Of a DNA stretch of 64,000 nt, positions 57,244-64,000 are shown in pieces; position 1 is the stretch's first letter; each line of letters starts with the position of its first letter. Made by a program: the position numbers and the translations under genes. The notes under the pieces are model-generated. The model worked only from the letters and a program-made list of their open reading frames with translations, was not told the DNA's origin and ran no database searches. The DNA comes from an uncultured Anaerolineae bacterium (lineage in GTDB: Bacteria; Chloroflexota; Anaerolineae; Aggregatilineales; Ch27). The stretch covers positions 130-64,129 of the forward strand of contig CAZGXI010000023.1 in NCBI GenBank assembly GCA_964529715.1, written 5' to 3'.

Positions 57244-57374
57244 GGCGTTCTGCTGCGAGAATGAACCCTGTCGCTGCGCCGGGCATATCCGGGGGCAGCA
57301 GTTGGTGTTAGACTATACACCGGGTGTCCGCAAAGGTTTGTACCCCTTTTTACGCTCTGTTTGGGAGGCCAGGT

Positions 57375-58301
57375 TTGTCCACCTTGATCATTGTTAATCC
57401 GCACGCTGGTAATGGCCGCGCAGGCCGCCTGTGGAGCCGGATCGAACCGCTGCTATGGGAGGCGTTAGGCGATCTCGTGATTGCCGTTACACAGCGCCCA
57501 GAGGAAGTCGCCAAACGCCTGCGTGAAAGCATCGACATGGGTCTCAAGCGTGTGATCACCGTTGGAGGCGATGGCACCAATCACGTCATCATCAATGCGC
57601 TGGCCGACCTGGCCGAACGTCAGCCGGGCCTGCCGCTCCCGGTCCTGGGCAGCCTGCCCATCGGCACAGGGCGCGATTGGGCGCGCACGGTGGGTGTTCC
57701 CTTTGATCCCGAAGATGCCGTGCGTTGGCTGGCAATGGCGCAGCCTCGCCCGGTTGATCTGGGACACCTGGCGCATAGCAAGGGGGCATTTCACTTTTTG
57801 AATATCGCCAGTGCCGGGATCGGCGGCGAGGTAGATGCGCGGGTAAACGCCATTCGACGCCGTCGCTCGTGGACGTTCTTGGTGCAGACGGTCGGTGCAC
57901 TGTTGCGCTACCGGCCTCGTTTCGTGCGTGTGATGTTGAACGGTGAGACCTGGTACGAAGGCACAGCGTTTATCGTCGTCGTCGCCAACGGGCGCAGCTT
58001 TGGGCACGGCATGTATGTTGCGCCAGACGCCCAGATCGACGATGGCTTGTTCGACGTGGTGGTGGTGGAAGGAATGAGTCCGCTGGAAGCGATCCCGGCG
58101 TTGCCGTCACTTTACAAGGGTACGCACCTGCTGCGCAGTGATGTTCATCACACCCGCGCCGCCGACGTGCGGATCGAGTCGCCGCGCGGGCCGCTGGACC
58201 TGGACCTGGATGGGGAATACAGCCTGGCCGAAGACCTGCATTTCACCGTGCGGCCCGGTCTGCTGCAAATACTCAGCCATCCGACAGCGGAGGAAACATA
58301 G
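57375..58301 (+). CDS. Diacylglycerol kinase family lipid kinase (YegS/DagK-like)
   Basis: IIVNPHAG, GGDGT, PIGTGRDWAR, ANGRSFGHG, DDGLFDV, DGE. TTG start after GGAGG. Confidence 0.93.
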   Translation: MSTLIIVNPHAGNGRAGRLWSRIEPLLWEALGDLVIAVTQRPEEVAKRLRESIDMGLKRVITVGGDGTNHVIINALADLAERQPGLPLPVLGSLPIGTGRDWARTVGVPFDPEDAVRWLAMAQPRPVDLGHLAHSKGAFHFLNIASAGIGGEVDARVNAIRRRRSWTFLVQTVGALLRYRPRFVRVMLNGETWYEGTAFIVVVANGRSFGHGMYVAPDAQIDDGLFDVVVVEGMSPLEAIPALPSLYKGTHLLRSDVHHTRAADVRIESPRGPLDLDLDGEYSLAEDLHFTVRPGLLQILSHPTAEET

Positions 58302-58319
58302 CGCGGCGCGAAATCGCCC

Positions 58320-58745
58320 CTATTGCTGGTAAGCGCGCGGGCCATATTGGTCGATCAGCAGGTTGTCCAGCTCGGCGCGGCTATCGGGGAATTCCTTCAG
58401 CCGGCGGAAGAGTTCCATAAAGCCATGCGGCTTGACCAGGAACACGTTGCAGCCACGTTTGAAGGCATTGGCGATCATGGCCGGTTCGTCCCACATCGTT
58501 GCCACCAGCAACAGGCTATCTGGCAGTAGGGAGCGCAATTGCCCGACCAGTTCAATGCCGTGCATATCCGGTAATTGCAGATCGGTCGCCACCAGGGCGA
58601 GGTCGGGCATTTCGGCGGCGATGCGCAGTGCCGCCGCGCCGCTGTCGGCTCCTTGAACCTCGAACCCGGCCTGAGCGATCAAGCGCACCAGAAAATCCTG
58701 GTTGGCGGGTTCGTCCTCCACCACCAGCGCACGCGCTTTAGCCAT
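58320..58745 (-). CDS. Single-domain response regulator
   Basis: LVVEDE, TDLQLPDMHG, FLVKP. Confidence 0.92.
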   Translation of the reverse strand: MAKARALVVEDEPANQDFLVRLIAQAGFEVQGADSGAAALRIAAEMPDLALVATDLQLPDMHGIELVGQLRSLLPDSLLLVATMWDEPAMIANAFKRGCNVFLVKPHGFMELFRRLKEFPDSRAELDNLLIDQYGPRAYQQ

Positions 58746-58851
58746 AAGAATTGGCGGCGGGGACTGTCGCCTTTAGGCGACAGGGGAAGCCGCCTTGCCC
58801 CTTTCGCAACCTTGTGCTATCCTGTGAACATACGGTCGGGCAACAGGCGTC

Positions 58852-59019
58852 CGCAGGATCATCGCCTCAGCGCGCGTCCGATGCGGCTCTTGAACAACTT
58901 CAGGTATCGGGTTGTGTGAGGAAGGCGCACACGTAAAATCTGAACCGTACATAAGAGAGAACCTCTTTCCAGGCCCGGACGGGGCCTTCGGAGCGTAACG
59001 TAGACCGCTGGGTCCTGCG
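58852..59019. ncRNA. Candidate structured ncRNA (rod-like, family unassigned)
   Basis: Nested pairings CGCAGGATC/GGTCCTGCG, CAGCG/CGCTG, GTCCG/CGGAC, GTGTG/CACAC in an intergenic region, with a promoter-like TTGCCC-N17-TATCCT upstream on +. Confidence 0.35.
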
Positions 59020-59040
59020 TGCTCCGAGAAGCCGCCGCGT

Positions 59041-59445
59041 TTACGCGGCGGAGTCGTCACCTGTTCGTTCTCCACGTGCAGCAGACTTCCCGGCGTCATG
59101 GGTTTCAAACAGCGCCAGCAGTTCCGAAACCGGCAGTGGCTTGGGCAGATAGGCGTTGCAACCCGCTTCTAGGCAACGTTCGCGGTCGCCCAACATCGCA
59201 TAGGCCGTGACGGCGACAATGGGGGTCTGCACGCCCTGTTGCCGCAGCGTTGATACCAGTTGCAGACCGTCCATCTGGCCTGCAAGCTGCAAATCCACCA
59301 GGATCAGGTCGGGAGGATTCTGGCCCAGCGACGTGAGTGCCGTCTCGGCTTCAGCATACGATTCGACCTCATGCTGGCCCATCCGCGCCACGCGGCGCAC
59401 CAGGGCCAGGTTCGCCAGGTTGTCCTCGACATACACGATACGCAA
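59041..59445 (-). CDS. Single-domain response regulator (DivK/CheY-like)
   Basis: TTG start after AAGGA, IVYVEDN, LVDLQLAGQMDG, VTAYAMLGDRERCLEAGC, LPKP. Confidence 0.92.
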   Translation of the reverse strand: MRIVYVEDNLANLALVRRVARMGQHEVESYAEAETALTSLGQNPPDLILVDLQLAGQMDGLQLVSTLRQQGVQTPIVAVTAYAMLGDRERCLEAGCNAYLPKPLPVSELLALFETHDAGKSAARGERTGDDSAA

Positions 59446-59450
59446 GGGAG

Positions 59451-60929
<1,479 letters not shown>

Positions 60930-61119
60930 AGAATCGACGCCAGCGGCATTTTGTAAATCTATAGCCGATTATAATATAGAATGCATAAAAGTGTTGGGAT
61001 AAAACGCTAAATAAACCGATATTTAACGATACCCTATCTTTTCCGGCGGCGCACAGGCTTATGGCCCGGTGGTTGCGCGCCGCCGGATGATCCCTTTTTC
61101 ATCTTGTGAGCCGGATGGC

Positions 61120-62304
61120 TCAGTTGACTGTCTCGAAGATGCCCGCCGCGCCCATGCCGCCGCCGATGCACATCGTTACCATGCCGCGCCCACCGCCGCG
61201 CCGCCGCAGTTCGTGGAGCAGTTGCACGGTCAGCTTGGCCCCGGTTGCGCCGAGGGGATGGCCCAGCGCGATGGCTCCACCGTTTACGTTAACGATCTCT
61301 GGGTTCAGGGCCAGTTCGCGCAGCACGGCCAGGCTTTGGGCGGCGAACGCCTCGTTCAGTTCGATCAGGTCCAGGTCGTCTGGCGTAAGTCCGGTCCGGC
61401 GCAGCAGGCGCGGGACCGCCGCCACCGGCCCAATGCCCATGATCTCCGGCGGCACGCCCGTCACGTCGAAGCCGACGAAGCGCGCTAGGGGCTGCACACC
61501 CAACCGTGCCGCCGTACCTGCTTCCATCAGGATCACGCCTGCTGCGCCATCGCTGAGCGGGGAGGCGTTGCCTGCCGTCACCGTGCCGTCTTGCTTGAAA
61601 GCCGGTTTGAGCTTTGCCAGGGCTTCTACGGTGGTATCGCGCCGCAGGTGTTCGTCTTCCTTGAGGATCACCGTCTGGCGGAGCACCTGCCCATCCGGTC
61701 CCAGGGATACTTCCTCAAAAGCAAACGGGACGATTTCCTCGGCGAACTTGCCGGCATCCTGGGCAGCGGCGGCTTTCTGGTGGCTGCGATAGGCGAATTC
61801 ATCCTGCGCCTCGCGGGTGATGCCATACCGCTCAGCGACGCGCTCTGCCGTCAGCCCCATGTTCATGTAGACGCCGGGGTTGTGTTCGGCCAGCGTGGGG
61901 TTAGGGCTGACATGGAAGCCTGTCATGGGTACGGCGCTCATCGATTCTACCCCTCCGGCAATGATCACATCCGCGCCGCCGGCGACGACCCGCTCAGCAG
62001 CGGCGGCAATAGCCTGCAGGCCGCTGGCGCAAAAGCGGTTGATCGTCTGGGCGGGAACCTCCACCGGCAGCCCGGCCAGGATAGCCGTCGCGCGCGCCAC
62101 ATTGAGGCCCTGTGGCCCTTCTGGAAAGGCGCAGCCCAGGACAACGTCGTCGATTTGCGCCGGGTCGAGTTTGCCTTCTACCTGGCGCAGCAGGTCGCGG
62201 ATCACGGTCGCTGCCATATCCTCTGGACGGGCGTTGCGGGCGAGGCCTTTTTTCGATTTTCCCACTGCCGTGCGAGCCAGCGCCACAATAACCGCTTCTC
62301 TCAT
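61120..62304 (-). CDS. Acetyl-CoA C-acyltransferase (thiolase)
   Basis: [31 protein letters not shown]. Confidence 0.96.
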   Translation of the reverse strand: MREAVIVALARTAVGKSKKGLARNARPEDMAATVIRDLLRQVEGKLDPAQIDDVVLGCAFPEGPQGLNVARATAILAGLPVEVPAQTINRFCASGLQAIAAAAERVVAGGADVIIAGGVESMSAVPMTGFHVSPNPTLAEHNPGVYMNMGLTAERVAERYGITREAQDEFAYRSHQKAAAAQDAGKFAEEIVPFAFEEVSLGPDGQVLRQTVILKEDEHLRRDTTVEALAKLKPAFKQDGTVTAGNASPLSDGAAGVILMEAGTAARLGVQPLARFVGFDVTGVPPEIMGIGPVAAVPRLLRRTGLTPDDLDLIELNEAFAAQSLAVLRELALNPEIVNVNGGAIALGHPLGATGAKLTVQLLHELRRRGGGRGMVTMCIGGGMGAAGIFETVN

Positions 62305-62969
62305 CGCGCGCCACTCCTTGCATTTAACGCCTGCACAATCTGATCGACGCCGCTGACGAAGTCGTGCTTGCCGCCCTGCGACGGGTGGCGCACCTTGCGA
62401 TGGGGAATGCCCAGCCGTTTAAGCGTGGTTTCTGCCTTGTTGCCGACGGCGACTACCACTTCTACCGGGAACAGGTCCAGCATCCACCGCACGAACGGCT
62501 CGCCCAGGTCCAGTTCCGACGCGCGCGGCGGGCGGTTAGACCAGGGATTGCCGGCCTTGAACGGGTGGAAAGGAAAGGCCGGCCAGATCACCGGCAGTGG
62601 ATCAAGCCGGGCAATGGTGCCCCAGACAATCGTGCCGCTCGGCTCCCGACGAATCTTTCCGCGCTCGACGGTTGCCCGGTAGCCGCGCTCTACGCCGAAC
62701 AACCCGATCGGCGGGGCATCTGGCCCGACGCGGTCGTGGATCAGCGTGTACTCGCTGGTGAAAGGAAGTCCGGTCAGGCGCATCCCCTGATAGCCGGGCG
62801 CTTCGCCGAACAGCAGCAGGCGCGGGCGGCGCTCCACCATCGCGCGCAGGTAGAGGCGCAGGTTGTCCCGGCGGACGGCGTTTGCCTCCACGTCGTAGGC
62901 GTACTGGTTGAAGGCGTCGTCGGCGGGCCGGACCCGCGCCAGACGGTCGATGAAATCCTCGAAGGACAT
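62301..62969 (-). CDS. Uracil-DNA glycosylase-like protein
   Basis: [32 protein letters not shown]. Confidence 0.85.
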   Translation of the reverse strand: MSFEDFIDRLARVRPADDAFNQYAYDVEANAVRRDNLRLYLRAMVERRPRLLLFGEAPGYQGMRLTGLPFTSEYTLIHDRVGPDAPPIGLFGVERGYRATVERGKIRREPSGTIVWGTIARLDPLPVIWPAFPFHPFKAGNPWSNRPPRASELDLGEPFVRWMLDLFPVEVVVAVGNKAETTLKRLGIPHRKVRHPSQGGKHDFVSGVDQIVQALNARSGAR

Positions 62970-62977
62970 ATCCGGCC

Positions 62978-63937
62978 TCAGTACCATTTCAACCTGCGGA
63001 AGATCACCAGCAACAGCGCCACTGTCCCGCCCATGAGCGCGATCACAAACGGCACGCCCCAGGGCGCATCGAAGGGCGGCCACGTCTGTGCGAAGTTCAT
63101 GCCATAGAAGCCGCCGATCACCGTCATGAAGCCGATCACCACCGTGTAGACGGTCAGGCGGTTGACGACCTGGTTCAGCCGGTTCGACACCGACGACATA
63201 TACAGGTCCATCATGCCCGTCAGCGTGTCACGGAAGGTGTTTACCGTGTCGGCGATCCACAGCAGGTGATCGGACACGTCACGCAGGTATGGTTGTAAGG
63301 CAGCCTGGTCGATGAACGGCAGTTGATGGTGATTCAACACGTTCATCATCTCGCGCTGCGGCCACACCACGCGCCACATATCGATTAGCTCACGCTTGAG
63401 TTCAAACAGCCGATTCAACAGTTCAGGTGTAGGTTGGATGAGCACGCGGTCGCCCAGGTTCTCGATCTCCTCGGCCAGGTCGTCCAGCACGGGGAAGTAG
63501 GCGTCCACCACCACGTCCAGCACAATATACAGCAGCGTGCTGATCGACATCTGCGCCGCGCCGGTGTGATCGATGCGGGTCTCGATCTCACCGATCAGCG
63601 GTTCGACTCCCTGGTGAACGGTGACGACATAGTTGCGCCCGACGAAGACGTCCAGCTCGCGGAACACCATGCCGTCCCGTCCTGCGCTGAATGAGTTCAG
63701 GATGAGAAACAGGTAGCCACTGTATTCTTCGACTTTGGGACGTTGGCGCTGGTTGCGCGTGTCCTCGATAGCCAGCGGATGAAAGTGGAACACCTCCGCC
63801 ATGATGCGGACGTGCATTTCCGTCGGGCCAGCGATGTCTACCCAGACTGTGCCGCTCTCCGACGCCAACAGCGCCGGGAGATCGACGGCCTGTGCTTCCT
63901 GTGCGCCCTGCGGATCGAAAACAGTGATCTTCATCAC
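62978..63937 (-). CDS. corA: Magnesium/cobalt transporter CorA
   Basis: FHFHPLAIED, RPKVEEY, LNQVVNRLT, GFYGMNF signature. Confidence 0.95.
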   Translation of the reverse strand: MMKITVFDPQGAQEAQAVDLPALLASESGTVWVDIAGPTEMHVRIMAEVFHFHPLAIEDTRNQRQRPKVEEYSGYLFLILNSFSAGRDGMVFRELDVFVGRNYVVTVHQGVEPLIGEIETRIDHTGAAQMSISTLLYIVLDVVVDAYFPVLDDLAEEIENLGDRVLIQPTPELLNRLFELKRELIDMWRVVWPQREMMNVLNHHQLPFIDQAALQPYLRDVSDHLLWIADTVNTFRDTLTGMMDLYMSSVSNRLNQVVNRLTVYTVVIGFMTVIGGFYGMNFAQTWPPFDAPWGVPFVIALMGGTVALLLVIFRRLKWY

Positions 63938-64000
63938 GAACGTTCATCCCAGTTCTTGTGGCTAAGGTTTGCGGTGTGCGGATAGGCCGTCTGCGTCATC

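Noticed and set aside
58852-59019. SRP RNA assignment for the intergenic structure
   Set aside because: It lacks the conserved CAGGTCCGGAAGGAAGCAGC helix-8 motif. It is kept only as an unassigned candidate.

Overview
GC-rich bacterial chromosomal window, most likely Chloroflexota (Anaerolineae-like). This assignment is inferred from protein style, e.g. Pro/Thr-stalked SGNH proteins, a GAF-STAS protein and N-terminal TPR proteins; it is not a database result. The backbone is housekeeping: pheT, rarA, heme O synthase, a metH/add/yitJ methionine cluster, tRNA-Asn(GTT), infC-rpmI-rplT, hisS, lpdA, thiolase and corA. It is interspersed with secreted beta-propeller and SGNH proteins, an ECF sigma/anti-sigma pair and a two-component cluster. 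I found no CRISPR array, prophage, integrase or intact transposase. The most interesting signals are ones the ORF track does not name: (1) an unannotated His-rich leader peptide (MCTRIHAHHHVRRLS) with a complete promoter/antiterminator/terminator set upstream of hisS; (2) a two-gene multiheme cytochrome module (about 19 heme motifs: a NapC-like membrane protein plus a secreted nonaheme protein) that could be a quinol-to-surface electron conduit; (3) an Arf-like small GTPase followed by an uncharacterised partner gene; (4) a palindromic repeat lying in frame inside metH; (5) two intact-ORF pseudoenzymes, a triad-less dienelactone hydrolase and a degenerate histidine kinase; (6) GTAG-type REP hairpins, an empty heptamer-flanked cassette and two VapC toxin remnants; (7) a candidate structured ncRNA between two response regulator genes. 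All family assignments come from motif recognition by eye; no searches were run.
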